Source of the DNA: a virus
Taxonomy: Duplodnaviria > Caudoviricetes
Virus record (IMG/VR): IMGVR_UViG_3300009146_000014
Location: 1 to 62,715 of that record
Reading direction: 5' to 3' (one strand)
DNA length: 62,715 bases
Below are positions 1 through 8,140 of this stretch, piece by piece (positions within the stretch are counted from its first letter, which is position 1; every line of letters begins with the position of its first letter). Both the position numbers and the translations under genes were made by a program. The notes under the pieces are model-generated. The model made no database searches, was not told where the DNA came from, and was given only the letters and a program-made list of their open reading frames with translations.

Positions 1-13
1 GGGTCGGCGCGAC
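1..13. repeat. Terminal 13-nt repeat GGGTCGGCGCGAC, putative cos overhang (left copy)
   Basis: Identical to 62703-62715; joined junction reads CGCG-GGGTCGGCGCGAC-CGCG with symmetric flanks; resembles lambda cos GGGCGGCGACCT; terminase is GpA-type. Confidence 0.65.
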
Positions 14-17
14 CGCG

Positions 18-284
18 ATGTTTGAGAATATTGAATCCCGACATAAAAGCCGTTGGTTTTCCGCCGGTTGGCTTCGAATCGGCGCTCGATGGCGCAAAAA
101 ACCCGTCGAAATCGACCCAATCGCGCAAGGCATGACTGCCATGGATGTGTGCACGCAATGGCAGTGCGCCGAGTGGCGAGACGGGATCAAGTGGCGCCCG
201 TCGCTGGCGCTCCGGGGCAAATTTTGGTGCTGCACAAAATGCGGGGCCTCATACGGCGAGCATGCCGGCGGACGGGGGTTGTAG
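18..284 (+). CDS. Hypothetical Cys-rich protein
   Basis: ORF with CxxxxC and CxxC motifs, followed closely by the next ORF. Confidence 0.45.
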   Translation: MFENIESRHKSRWFSAGWLRIGARWRKKPVEIDPIAQGMTAMDVCTQWQCAEWRDGIKWRPSLALRGKFWCCTKCGASYGEHAGGRGL

Positions 285-287
285 ACG

Positions 288-458
288 ATGGCAAACCGGA
301 AAAGCACGGTGGTTCAAGTGAAGTTCGGCCCGAGCGATTACATCCTCATCAAAAAGGCGGCGGAGGCACGGGGGTTGAAGCCGGCGCGCTACGTGCGCGC
401 GGTTGCCATCGAGGCCATCGTGCGCGAGTTGCCGCACGACGTTATCGAGAGGGCGTGA
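288..458 (+). CDS. Small ribbon-helix-helix-like DNA-binding protein (56 aa, not in the ORF track)
   Basis: Read by hand: MANRKSTVVQVKFGPSDYILIKKAAEARGLKPARYVRAVAIEAI...; beta-alpha-alpha pattern; stop overlaps next start (TGATG). Confidence 0.6.
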   Translation: MANRKSTVVQVKFGPSDYILIKKAAEARGLKPARYVRAVAIEAIVRELPHDVIERA

Positions 459-799
459 TGAGACGGGTCATAATCGAGTCGCCGTACGCGGGCGAGGTCG
501 AGCGCAACGTGGCGTATGCACGCCGAGCCGTTCGCGATGCGGTGTCGCGGGGCGAGGCGCCGATTGCCTCGCATCTGTTATTCACGCAACCGGGCATCTT
601 GGATGACACTATTCCGCACGAGCGCGAGCTTGGAATAAACGCCGGCCTCGCGTGGGTGAAGGTGGCCGACGCGATGGTTCTCTATCTCGATCTTGGGATG
701 ACGCTCGGCATGCGAGCCGCCAAGGCCTACGCCGAGCGGCACGGCATCGAGGTCGAGGCTCGATTCTTAGACGGGCACGTGCCGCGCGACGATCACTAA
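458..799 (+). CDS. Conserved phage protein, nucleoside-deoxyribosyltransferase-like fold
   Basis: MRRVIIESPYAG...NVAYARRA...GEAPIASHLLFTQ...GM motif typical of a widespread phage family. Confidence 0.65.
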   Translation: MRRVIIESPYAGEVERNVAYARRAVRDAVSRGEAPIASHLLFTQPGILDDTIPHERELGINAGLAWVKVADAMVLYLDLGMTLGMRAAKAYAERHGIEVEARFLDGHVPRDDH

Positions 800-855
800 C
801 GGTTCGCGTGGAAAGTTGTTGGAAGCTTGTCGGATGGTTGTTGGGGGGAGTTCGA

Positions 856-1599
856 ATGGTGGCGCACGGGGAATGCCCATGCTGTGGAAGCAAAACGCCG
901 GTCGAGCTTGCCGCTCGCGTGATTGAGTGTGAGCGCACGCTGGTCATGGTGCGCGACGCCATCGTGGAAAAGGCCGCGTGCACGTTTTGGCTCAACTCGA
1001 TTGAGACGGTTGTGGACCGGATTGAGGCGGTGCTCGGCGAGTTCGGCAATGCGCAACCCGAGTTGCCGCTCGTGCGCGAGCCATTTTTGACGGATGAATT
1101 GACGGACCCGAACAACGTGTTGCCGCCGTACAAGTGGCACGCGGGCGCGCTGCACTTGCTCGCGCGACAGCTTGGCGTCGGCAACGATTTTTATTATCCT
1201 CTGATCGGAGCCGCGAAATTGCTGATGGACGGCGCGACCATAGGCGAACCCGAGATTTTTGTGTTCGGGTCAAACCTCGCCGGCCGGCACGGCGCGGGCG
1301 CGGCGCTCTATGCGCGCAACCATTACGGCGCCGTCTATGGCGTGGCCAACGGGCGGACGGGCAACGCCTACGCGATTCCGACCAAAGACGCGAAGTTGCG
1401 GACGCTGCCGCTCAATGCGATTGCCGGCTATGTGCAGGTGTTTCTGCACTACGCCGTCCAGCATCCGAATCTGACTTTCAAGGTGACGGCGATCGGCACC
1501 GGGCTGGCCGGCTACGGGCACCGGGACATTGCGCCGATGTTCCGGGGGGCGCCGGGCAATTGCCTGTTGCCAGAGGAGTGGAAGGGCATTCTCGCCTGA
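856..1599 (+). CDS. Phage protein with C-terminal macro-like (A1S_2505-type) domain
   Basis: IFVFGSNLAGRHGAGAA...YAIPT...FKVTAIGTGLAGY motif; GGAG upstream of ATG 856. Confidence 0.7.
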   Translation: MVAHGECPCCGSKTPVELAARVIECERTLVMVRDAIVEKAACTFWLNSIETVVDRIEAVLGEFGNAQPELPLVREPFLTDELTDPNNVLPPYKWHAGALHLLARQLGVGNDFYYPLIGAAKLLMDGATIGEPEIFVFGSNLAGRHGAGAALYARNHYGAVYGVANGRTGNAYAIPTKDAKLRTLPLNAIAGYVQVFLHYAVQHPNLTFKVTAIGTGLAGYGHRDIAPMFRGAPGNCLLPEEWKGILA

Positions 1600-1784
1600 A
1601 TCGGCGCCAGAGGGGCCGCCAGCCGCCGGGAAGGGTGCCGCCGGGGGGATGGTGGCCGGGCGCTATGCGTGCGCGCATACGGGCCAATACGGGGCCAATA
1701 CGGCGGCGGTATTCCGTGGATATACCGGGGGTTGAGAACGGTTCGGGTGCACCGGCCCGGTGATGATGGGCGCAACTGCGGCGG

Positions 1785-2627
1785 TCAAGCTTGTGCAAAT
1801 TTGCCGGTTTTGCCGGTTTTGCCGGTTCGGTTCGATCGGCGAGGCTTCCTTTTTGCGAGTGGTCGCAAAAGCTTGCCGCCACGAACCCGGCCGGCGCTGA
1901 TGCCAAGCTCCGCCAAGACTTGGGCGTGGGGCACGCCTCGATCGCGGGCGATGCCGCGCGTGTGGAACAGAAGCGCGCGCCGCTCGATGACATGCGCGCG
2001 GGTCGCGTATTCCTTCCTCTGCCGCTTGCGCAAGGCCTCGAAACGCGGAGTGCCTTTGACGCGGCGATAGTAGCGGACCATGGCGCGCTTGCGCTTGGGT
2101 GTCCGGTGGTAGGCACGGGCATAGGCCTTGACGGCTTTGGCGGCGCACGCATCGCCGCAATAGCGGTGCCGGCCGGGCGGCAGATTGCGGACGCGGCATT
2201 GCTTGCACTTGCGCGGCTTGCGCGCGTGGTCCCATGCGGTGAAATAGCCGCCGATGATTCGCGCGTTGATGTTCATAATCGCGGCGACAACCGAAATCGG
2301 TTCGCCGGCTTTGCGGAGGCCGGTTGCTAGCCGGCGCTCGCTACGGGTGAGCTTGGCGTTGCGGTCCGCGTCTTGGCGGCGCGACGTGTAGCGGAACGTG
2401 GCGATGTGCGCGGCCAGTGCGGCAGCCGTGGCCGCCTTGTGCTGGCCGCGCGCAATCTTGCCGGGGCTCGGGACGTGCGGGTGCAGGATGCGCCAGCACA
2501 CTCCGATTGCGGCGTTGTGAGTGATGTTGAAGCGCGCGGCAACACGCTCGATCTTGCCGCGCGCCAGAGAGCCGCCGATGATGTCGGCGATTTCTGCTTT
2601 CTCCGCCTTGGTGTAGGTGCGGCGCAT
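1785..2627 (-). CDS. Putative transcriptional regulator with GcrA-like N-terminal HTH and Cys-rich region
   Basis: VAARFNITHNAAIGVCWR resembles the GcrA HTH (VTRNAVIGKVHR); second HTH-like segment and CxxC...CxxxC. Confidence 0.5.
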   Translation of the reverse strand: MRRTYTKAEKAEIADIIGGSLARGKIERVAARFNITHNAAIGVCWRILHPHVPSPGKIARGQHKAATAAALAAHIATFRYTSRRQDADRNAKLTRSERRLATGLRKAGEPISVVAAIMNINARIIGGYFTAWDHARKPRKCKQCRVRNLPPGRHRYCGDACAAKAVKAYARAYHRTPKRKRAMVRYYRRVKGTPRFEALRKRQRKEYATRAHVIERRALLFHTRGIARDRGVPHAQVLAELGISAGRVRGGKLLRPLAKRKPRRSNRTGKTGKTGKFAQA

Positions 2628-2631
2628 CCGG

Positions 2632-2904
2632 TCACTTGGATTTGCTCGCCTTCCCTATCACCTTGCCGGCGGGATCATAGAACGTGGTCCCGGCGCTCGA
2701 TGGCACCGAGCGGCCTTGCACCTTGCCATCGGCGCCATAGTAGACGGTCGAGCCTTGCGAGTCGGTGGTGCTCCGCGTGACGACTCGTCCGTCCGGCCCG
2801 TAGACGGTTTTCGTCTCCGCTCGGGTTGCAGACGCGAGGATGATCAACGCAATTGCCCAAAGGATGACGGCGAGGGCGACGCCAAACGCTTTTGATCCAG
2901 TCAT
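2632..2904 (-). CDS. Small secreted protein
   Basis: Signal-peptide-like N-terminus; repeated YxxxG(R/K)V beta-hairpin motifs; GGAG RBS. Confidence 0.6.
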   Translation of the reverse strand: MTGSKAFGVALAVILWAIALIILASATRAETKTVYGPDGRVVTRSTTDSQGSTVYYGADGKVQGRSVPSSAGTTFYDPAGKVIGKASKSK

Positions 2905-3156
2905 GTTGCTCTTGCTCCGGTTAGTCGGCAGGCGTTCCAATCCGGCCGCATGTTACGCAGGCGTAGGCAGCGGCGTGAAGTTCGCCGGGGTCGTTTTCGA
3001 CCTCAATTACGAATCGGCGATGGTTGTTGGCTTGAGCGATCAAGCGGCGAAGTTCGGCAAGTTGCTCGATGGGCAATCCTCCTACGTGGTCCGCCAACGC
3101 ATCGAGTCCGCGTTGGATGAGAATCCAATTCTCGACTGAGCAAAAGAGGCGCGGAG

Positions 3157-3384
3157 TCATCGTGCACGCGATGGTGCTTTCCGCCGCGCCATGCGGTGCA
3201 GGCAAGCGGCGCGCTCGGCGGCGCACTTCGACTTGAGGTCATGCCGGCGCTCGATGACGATGGTGTCGGGGTGGGGCGCAGCATGCGCGGCCACGAACGC
3301 CAAACCCAACAACGCGAGGGCGCCGACGATCGTCCAAAAAACAAACCAACTGCTCTTGATCAACATCGGCTTGACTTGAAGCAT
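3157..3384 (-). CDS. Small membrane/secreted hypothetical protein
   Basis: Hydrophobic segment; GGGAG upstream. Confidence 0.5.
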   Translation of the reverse strand: MLQVKPMLIKSSWFVFWTIVGALALLGLAFVAAHAAPHPDTIVIERRHDLKSKCAAERAACLHRMARRKAPSRAR

Positions 3385-3525
3385 GGCCGCTCTCCCTTGC
3401 TGGAAAAGGTGCCCATCGCGCAAAGACCGGAAGTCTCATGCCATGGGCTCTCGATCGTTGTTGCGGACACCTATCGAGTGGTCCGGCCGGCGGCGAAAAT
3501 GTGAAAAACCGCCGACGAAATATCA

Positions 3526-3777
3526 TCAGTCTACGAAAGGCCGCCGAGCGCGCGCAAGTGCCGGCGGGTCACAGGGGAAAAGATCGGCGTTGCACTCGAT
3601 GTACTGTTGCGCGGCGATGCCGGGCGAGTCGTGCCAAGCGCAGCGGGCGCGCTGCTCTTTGGTGGGCGCGTCGCCAGATGCATCGATGCTCACGGCGAAC
3701 CTCCGTCCGTCACGGATGATGTAGAGGCCTTGCGCCTCGATGCGCTCAAGCGCGCGGGCTTGTTGTTTGGTGGTCAT
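3526..3777 (-). CDS. Hypothetical protein
   Basis: Start overlaps the upstream stop (ATGA). Confidence 0.5.
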   Translation of the reverse strand: MTTKQQARALERIEAQGLYIIRDGRRFAVSIDASGDAPTKEQRARCAWHDSPGIAAQQYIECNADLFPCDPPALARARRPFVD

Positions 3778-4115
3778 TGCCCGAGCCTCGCCAAGTTGAC
3801 CTGAATTTCGGCGACTTGCGGCTTAACGAGAGAGCACCAAAGGCGCGGGCCTTGGTCGTCATATGTGCGGAGAAGTTTGCGGCCGGCAGCAATCCGTTGC
3901 GCTTCGCTGGTGAGGCCGATTAGAGCCTTTGCAGCGGCAAGCGTGCCGGGCACGGGCTCGCAAAAATTGTGATAGCCGGCGACGGTGGCAATCGCCCAAG
4001 ATATCGCGGCATCGTTCGCGGCGTTGTCGGCGCGTGCTGGTTCGCGGGGCTGCATAAAGGCGACGCCCAACACGAGGGCGAGAAGCATCAGGGCGGGTTT
4101 CATGTTGCGGTTCAT
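3774..4115 (-). CDS. Secreted hypothetical protein
   Basis: Signal-peptide-like N-terminus, CCGGAG RBS. Confidence 0.55.
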   Translation of the reverse strand: MNRNMKPALMLLALVLGVAFMQPREPARADNAANDAAISWAIATVAGYHNFCEPVPGTLAAAKALIGLTSEAQRIAAGRKLLRTYDDQGPRLWCSLVKPQVAEIQVNLARLGQ

Positions 4116-4260
4116 TTGCTTTTACTCCGGGGTGCGTACCAAGGCTTAGGGTGAAGCTTTCCGCGTCCGCCGCACTTGGGGCAAAGCTTGACGCGGAAAG
4201 GCAGGCGGCTAGGGATGCGCCCGGTGGCAGAGCACACCGGGCAATCCGGGGGCGGGGCCT

Positions 4261-4698
4261 TTACAGCCACGCCGGCACGACGGCCGGGGCCGCCTCGATG
4301 GCCGCAGCGGCGGCGCGGTGGCTTTCCTCATGCGCGACCGCCTCTTGCATCGCGTCCCAATCGGCGGCGCTCATGTGATGTTTCCAGGCCTCGTCACCGT
4401 ACGGGCAAGCCGGTTCGCGGCAGTGCTCGAAATCGATGTGGATGGTGTGGCCGTGGCCGTAATCGGAGCCGGGGTCGGCGGAGCCATAGGTGCCGATCTG
4501 GATGCCGGCGGCGTTGATGACATCCCAAACCTTGGCGCGCTGCTCTTGAGCCTCGCGGGTGTTGCGGGGGGCGTAGGCGATGTGCAGGCGTACCCAACCG
4601 TATGCCGTGCCGCGCGAGCCGCGCACGGTCACTTTGTGGCCGGGATAGGCAGCGGCGACGGCTTTTTTCAGGGCGCGGTTGCGAGCGGCGATTTCCAT
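4261..4698 (-). CDS. Hypothetical early protein
   Basis: CCGGAG RBS; lies downstream of promoter element copy 1. Confidence 0.6.
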   Translation of the reverse strand: MEIAARNRALKKAVAAAYPGHKVTVRGSRGTAYGWVRLHIAYAPRNTREAQEQRAKVWDVINAAGIQIGTYGSADPGSDYGHGHTIHIDFEHCREPACPYGDEAWKHHMSAADWDAMQEAVAHEESHRAAAAAIEAAPAVVPAWL

Positions 4699-4740
4699 TT
4701 TCAGTCTCCGGTGTTGGGGGCGCCTCACAACGAAACGCCA

Positions 4741-4789
4741 TGGCCTATATCTAGGCCATGGCGTTGGAGTTGGCAAGGGGGTCTTATCA
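4741..4789 (-). promoter_or_regulatory. 49-bp early promoter/operator element, copy 1
   Basis: Minus strand TGATAAG-N5-CTTGCCA-N12-TGGCCTA-N4-TAGGCCA; TTGCCA is 17 nt from a TAnAT-like -10; palindrome extends to a 14-bp stem (4734-4765). Confidence 0.8.
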
Positions 4790-4796
4790 AGTATTT

Positions 4797-4991
4797 TTAG
4801 CCGTGGTCGGTGCGTCCCTTGAGCGGCGCAAAGAAAGCGCGGAAATCGCTTGTCGGGGGCAAGGGTGGCTGACTAGAGACGACGTTGCCGGCGGCTTCCA
4901 GGTCGAGGCGCACGGCCACGGCTTCCATGGTGCCGCGAACGGTCACGTCCAAAACGATGCCGTTGCGGGTATAGGTCAAGACGTATTGCAC
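4797..4991 (-). CDS. Hypothetical protein
   Basis: AAGGAG RBS before a GTG start. Confidence 0.45.
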   Translation of the reverse strand: MQYVLTYTRNGIVLDVTVRGTMEAVAVRLDLEAAGNVVSSQPPLPPTSDFRAFFAPLKGRTDHG

Positions 4992-5013
4992 GGGTGTCTC
5001 CTTTTGGGTCAAG

Positions 5014-5355
5014 TCAGAGGCGCGCAAGATCGGCCGGGCGCAGTAGCGGACAGTCGCCAAATTCTCGGATGTTGGCGCGCATGCCTTCCGCCGAGACGAT
5101 GCCGAAATCAAAGTTCGGATGGGCCGACGCTGGCGGGGTGGGGTTGGCCGCGAGCCAAGCGTCAATGCGCGCCTTTATCCACGTGTCGGCTTGCGACCAT
5201 GCGTCGGCCTCGGGCTCGTCCGTGAATGGGCCGACGAACACGCAATCATAGTGGCCCAAAACCATAACGTATGCGGAGGCGGCGTCGGTGCCGTCCGGCT
5301 CCGCGCGCTCGGCGGGGCGCTTGGGGCGCCAATCCTTTGGGTTGGGGGTCGTCAT
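5014..5355 (-). CDS. Hypothetical protein
   Basis: AACCGGAGCAA RBS. Confidence 0.55.
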   Translation of the reverse strand: MTTPNPKDWRPKRPAERAEPDGTDAASAYVMVLGHYDCVFVGPFTDEPEADAWSQADTWIKARIDAWLAANPTPPASAHPNFDFGIVSAEGMRANIREFGDCPLLRPADLARL

Positions 5356-5370
5356 GTGAGGTTGCTCCGG

Positions 5371-5544
5371 TTAGTGGATGGGTTCGGCGCGGAAGTCGCA
5401 AAGCGCATCGATCATGTCGAAGCGCACGGCCAACGCTTGGGCGCGAGCGAGGCCGCTTGCCTCATCACGGCACCAAGTGAAGCAAAAGAAACGCTCGCCG
5501 GTATCAACGAGGGTGGCGACGATGTGGAAGCGGGGGGTCGGCAT
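5371..5544 (-). CDS. Hypothetical protein
   Basis: Leader CCCCGGAGCCTGAAAATG shared with the gene starting at 6248. Confidence 0.5.
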   Translation of the reverse strand: MPTPRFHIVATLVDTGERFFCFTWCRDEASGLARAQALAVRFDMIDALCDFRAEPIH

Positions 5545-5596
5545 TTTCAGGCTCCGGGGGTTGGGGCCGCTCCCGAGTGGGAGCGGCCGGTTCGGT

Positions 5597-5815
5597 TTAG
5601 AAGTCGCTGGCAAAGATGCGCTTGAGCTTGAAATGGTTGTATCCGTGGTTCGTCTTGATCTGAGCTTTCGTTTGCTGGCCGGTGCCTTTGCACGAGTAGC
5701 AGGGGCCGACGTGGGACATCTTGCCGTTGACGCATGCGCCCCATTTATATTCGCCAGTGCCTTTGCACTTGACGCACTTGCCGGGCTTCGCGTTGGGTTG
5801 GCTCAAGTCGTACAT
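5597..5815 (-). CDS. DnaJ-type zinc-finger small protein
   Basis: Two CxxCxGxG motifs (CVKCKGTG, CYSCKGTG). Confidence 0.7.
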   Translation of the reverse strand: MYDLSQPNAKPGKCVKCKGTGEYKWGACVNGKMSHVGPCYSCKGTGQQTKAQIKTNHGYNHFKLKRIFASDF

Positions 5816-5843
5816 TTTCGGCTCCGGGTTGGTTCGTTTGTGA

Positions 5844-5892
5844 TGGCCTATATGTAGGCCACTCGATTGGGGCTGGCAAGAGGGGCTTATCA
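5844..5892 (-). promoter_or_regulatory. 49-bp early promoter/operator element, copy 2
   Basis: Same motif and spacing as 4741-4789. Confidence 0.8.
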
Positions 5893-5900
5893 AAAAAAGC

Positions 5901-5926
5901 AAAAAAAAGAGCGGCCGAAGCCGCTC
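5901..5926 (-). terminator. Intrinsic terminator
   Basis: Minus strand GAGCGGC-TTCG-GCCGCTC followed by a T run. Confidence 0.8.
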
Positions 5927-5939
5927 CCGATTTGTGCCG

Positions 5940-6248
5940 TTATGAAACGCCGGTCCAAGAGAAAGGCTTGTTGTCGTCCCGATAGATGTTGCCGCGCGCA
6001 AAATTCTTGGCGGGTGCGCGCCACGTTGCGGCCTTCAGGATGTCGCCGTTCGTCTTGTCCACAAAACCCCAAACGCTACGCTGGCCATCCGTGCCGCGCA
6101 TGCCGTGGGCGGCTACGATTTTCATATAGCGGTTGCCGCGCTCGATCGTGAGCACCGTGCCATAGTCGCCGGCATGCTGCACTCCCGAGATATGCGCTTG
6201 GACCTTGGCGACGAAAGCGGCGAGGGTGGTGTTGAAGTCGGGGGTCAT
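5940..6248 (-). CDS. Conserved phage hypothetical protein
   Basis: GNRYMKIV...SVWGFVDKTNGDILKAATWRAPAK motif of a widespread phage family. Confidence 0.7.
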   Translation of the reverse strand: MTPDFNTTLAAFVAKVQAHISGVQHAGDYGTVLTIERGNRYMKIVAAHGMRGTDGQRSVWGFVDKTNGDILKAATWRAPAKNFARGNIYRDDNKPFSWTGVS

Positions 6249-6288
6249 TTTCAGGCTCCGGGGTTAGGGGCGCCACGTCGGCGCCCGA

Positions 6289-6337
6289 TGGCCTATATGT
6301 AGGCCAGACCCGGAAGCGTGGCAAGAGGGTCTTATCA
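6289..6337 (-). promoter_or_regulatory. 49-bp early promoter/operator element, copy 3
   Basis: Same motif and spacing. Confidence 0.8.
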
Positions 6338-6410
6338 AAATAAGTTCGTCCCAAAATGAGAAAGGCGGCTCGGTTGCCCGGCCGCCTTGCCCGTTCGCGT
6401 TGTGCGCCGG

Positions 6411-6632
6411 CTATAGCATGCGCTGGCGCTGGTACGCCTTGACGTAGTGGCGGACCTCGCGCCCGTTGCGCCGCTTGTAGGTGTCAAGCCTGAGAGCGGC
6501 GGCAACTTGCGGGATACTGATAGACGGCCAGCCTAGTGCCTTGCGCGCTTCGCTGGCCGACACGCCTTTGTCGCGCGTGATGAGCTTGAGAAATACGCGC
6601 CGCTTGGGCGTGGTAGGCTTGCGGGGTGTCAT
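6411..6632 (-). CDS. Small winged-helix-like (DUF3489-like) protein
   Basis: GVSASEARKALGWPSISIPQ...GREVRHYV; paralogous to the amidoligase C-terminus. Confidence 0.55.
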   Translation of the reverse strand: MTPRKPTTPKRRVFLKLITRDKGVSASEARKALGWPSISIPQVAAALRLDTYKRRNGREVRHYVKAYQRQRML

Positions 6633-6662
6633 GGTGCTTTGCTCCGTTTGTTGTGCGCCGGC

Positions 6663-6827
6663 CTACTGGATAGCGTTGCCGACGTTGTTGAACGTGTCGC
6701 CGATGGCAGTGCCGAGCGCGCGGGCTCCGCCGATGATGGCAACCGCAATGAGGGCGGCGATTAAGCCATACTCGATGGCGGTGGCGCCGGACTCGTCTTG
6801 CAGGAAACGCTTGAGAGTGTTCGTCAT
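6663..6827 (-). CDS. flp: Flp family pilin (Tad pilus subunit)
   Basis: RFLQDESG-ATAIEYGLIAALIAVAII is the canonical Flp prepilin cleavage and EY motif. Confidence 0.92.
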   Translation of the reverse strand: MTNTLKRFLQDESGATAIEYGLIAALIAVAIIGGARALGTAIGDTFNNVGNAIQ

Positions 6828-6871
6828 GGTCTTTGCTCCGTTGGTTGCAGTCACAGTCACGTCAAAAAAAA

Positions 6872-7114
6872 TCAATCGTCGTCAGAAGGCTTCGAGTCGT
6901 CGTCTCCCATGCCGCACGCGAGCGCGTCCATGGCGAGCTTGATGTACTTGGGAGTCGGGTGACGACCTTGCTCCCAACCGTCCAAGGCTTGCCGGGAGCA
7001 ACCGAGCGCGTCCGCCGCTTGCCGGGTTGAATAGCCCATAAGCGTGCGCCACTCGGCGACGGGGTTGGAGTTTTTCTTGGTGCGCTTGCGGGTAGCGGTG
7101 GCGGTGGTGCCCAT
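6872..7114 (-). CDS. XRE-family HTH protein
   Basis: WRTLMGYSTRQAADALGCSRQALDGWEQG. Confidence 0.8.
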   Translation of the reverse strand: MGTTATATRKRTKKNSNPVAEWRTLMGYSTRQAADALGCSRQALDGWEQGRHPTPKYIKLAMDALACGMGDDDSKPSDDD

Positions 7115-7170
7115 GGCACGAGTCCCTTTCGAGTGGGGGGATGCTCCCGAGCGGGAGCATCCCGGTTGAG

Positions 7171-7446
7171 TTAAGCGTTGCCGATCGCCGCGACGTTGGC
7201 GCCGGCCGGCAGCACGCCGGTTTCGTAGTAGGCGCGGACCGCCTCATAGCTTTCCGCGACTGCGAACCCGCCGCCGTCTTTGAAAGTCAGACGGGTGCCC
7301 GGCTTGCCTTCGTTGCGCGGGTTGAAGCACCGGATAGCATCGCGAGCGACGCTAACCGCAACCGTTTCCACGTCGGGGTCGCCTTCGTCCTCACGATACG
7401 AGGCTTGGCGGGTCAAGAGCTTGGTGAGGTTCAAGAGAGTCGTCAT
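7171..7446 (-). CDS. Hypothetical protein
   Basis: AAGGA RBS; followed by a hairpin near 7140-7161. Confidence 0.55.
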   Translation of the reverse strand: MTTLLNLTKLLTRQASYREDEGDPDVETVAVSVARDAIRCFNPRNEGKPGTRLTFKDGGGFAVAESYEAVRAYYETGVLPAGANVAAIGNA

Positions 7447-7478
7447 GGTCGTGTTTCCTTCGTTTAGCCTTGGTGGGT

Positions 7479-8072
7479 TCAATCGCCGTACACGCACAAG
7501 GCATTGCGTACACGGCTCACGACATCGAGCGACAGTTGAGTGCAGCACGTGGCGGGCTTCTGCGGTGCTTTGCCTTTGAGGCTAGGCCGCTCTGCCAAAG
7601 GTGGGCGCCCGTTTCGTGCGTACCTCTGCCGCTCGATGTGAGACGGATTCTTTTCGTCATGCGAGGCCTCAACCGCGTCGCGGAGCGGCTTTTGCTTGAG
7701 GCCAAAATTCCGATAGCCTTCGCGGATGGTCGCGAGGTAGCCCATGGACGGGGGCATGATGCCTTCCGAGTTCATGACGTAAAACATAATCGTGTCATGG
7801 CCTCTGATCGGCTCGGTTAGCTGCACTTCCACCTTGCGATACATGCCGCCGGCCACGCCTTCGTAACGATCAAGCGAGGCCTCGCACTCGTCCGTGATGA
7901 GCCACAAGCCGCCCGGCACGCGCGAGCCTTTCGAGTAGACAACATCGGCGACGCCACGAAAGACGAGCTTGGCGTCATCGAGGAAGAAGGCGCCAACGGC
8001 CACGGCTTTGGGGCAGCGCCATTTCATCTGGCGTTTGTGGAGGTTCGAGCCGTATGCGAAATAAAGCTTCAT
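7479..8072 (-). CDS. Gamma-glutamylcyclotransferase (AIG2-like)
   Basis: YFAYGSNL, LDRYEG and P...YL..I..GY motifs. Confidence 0.88.
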   Translation of the reverse strand: MKLYFAYGSNLHKRQMKWRCPKAVAVGAFFLDDAKLVFRGVADVVYSKGSRVPGGLWLITDECEASLDRYEGVAGGMYRKVEVQLTEPIRGHDTIMFYVMNSEGIMPPSMGYLATIREGYRNFGLKQKPLRDAVEASHDEKNPSHIERQRYARNGRPPLAERPSLKGKAPQKPATCCTQLSLDVVSRVRNALCVYGD

Positions 8073-8091
8073 TTTCTTTGCTCCGGGTTGA

Positions 8092-8140
8092 TGGCCTACA
8101 TATAGGCCATCGGGTTGAGGTTGGCAAGAGCCGCTTATCA
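8092..8140 (-). promoter_or_regulatory. 49-bp early promoter/operator element, copy 4
   Basis: Same motif; its TGATAAG also provides the amidoligase stop codon. Confidence 0.8.

Noticed and set aside
1798-1827. 9-bp tandem repeat TTTGCCGGT x3
   Set aside because: Encodes a KTG repeat at the C-terminus of a CDS; no sign of a separate function
3830-3838. GAGAGCACC as a third orphan unit
   Set aside because: Lacks the flanking CC and GAGCG at 9-nt spacing and lies antisense inside a CDS
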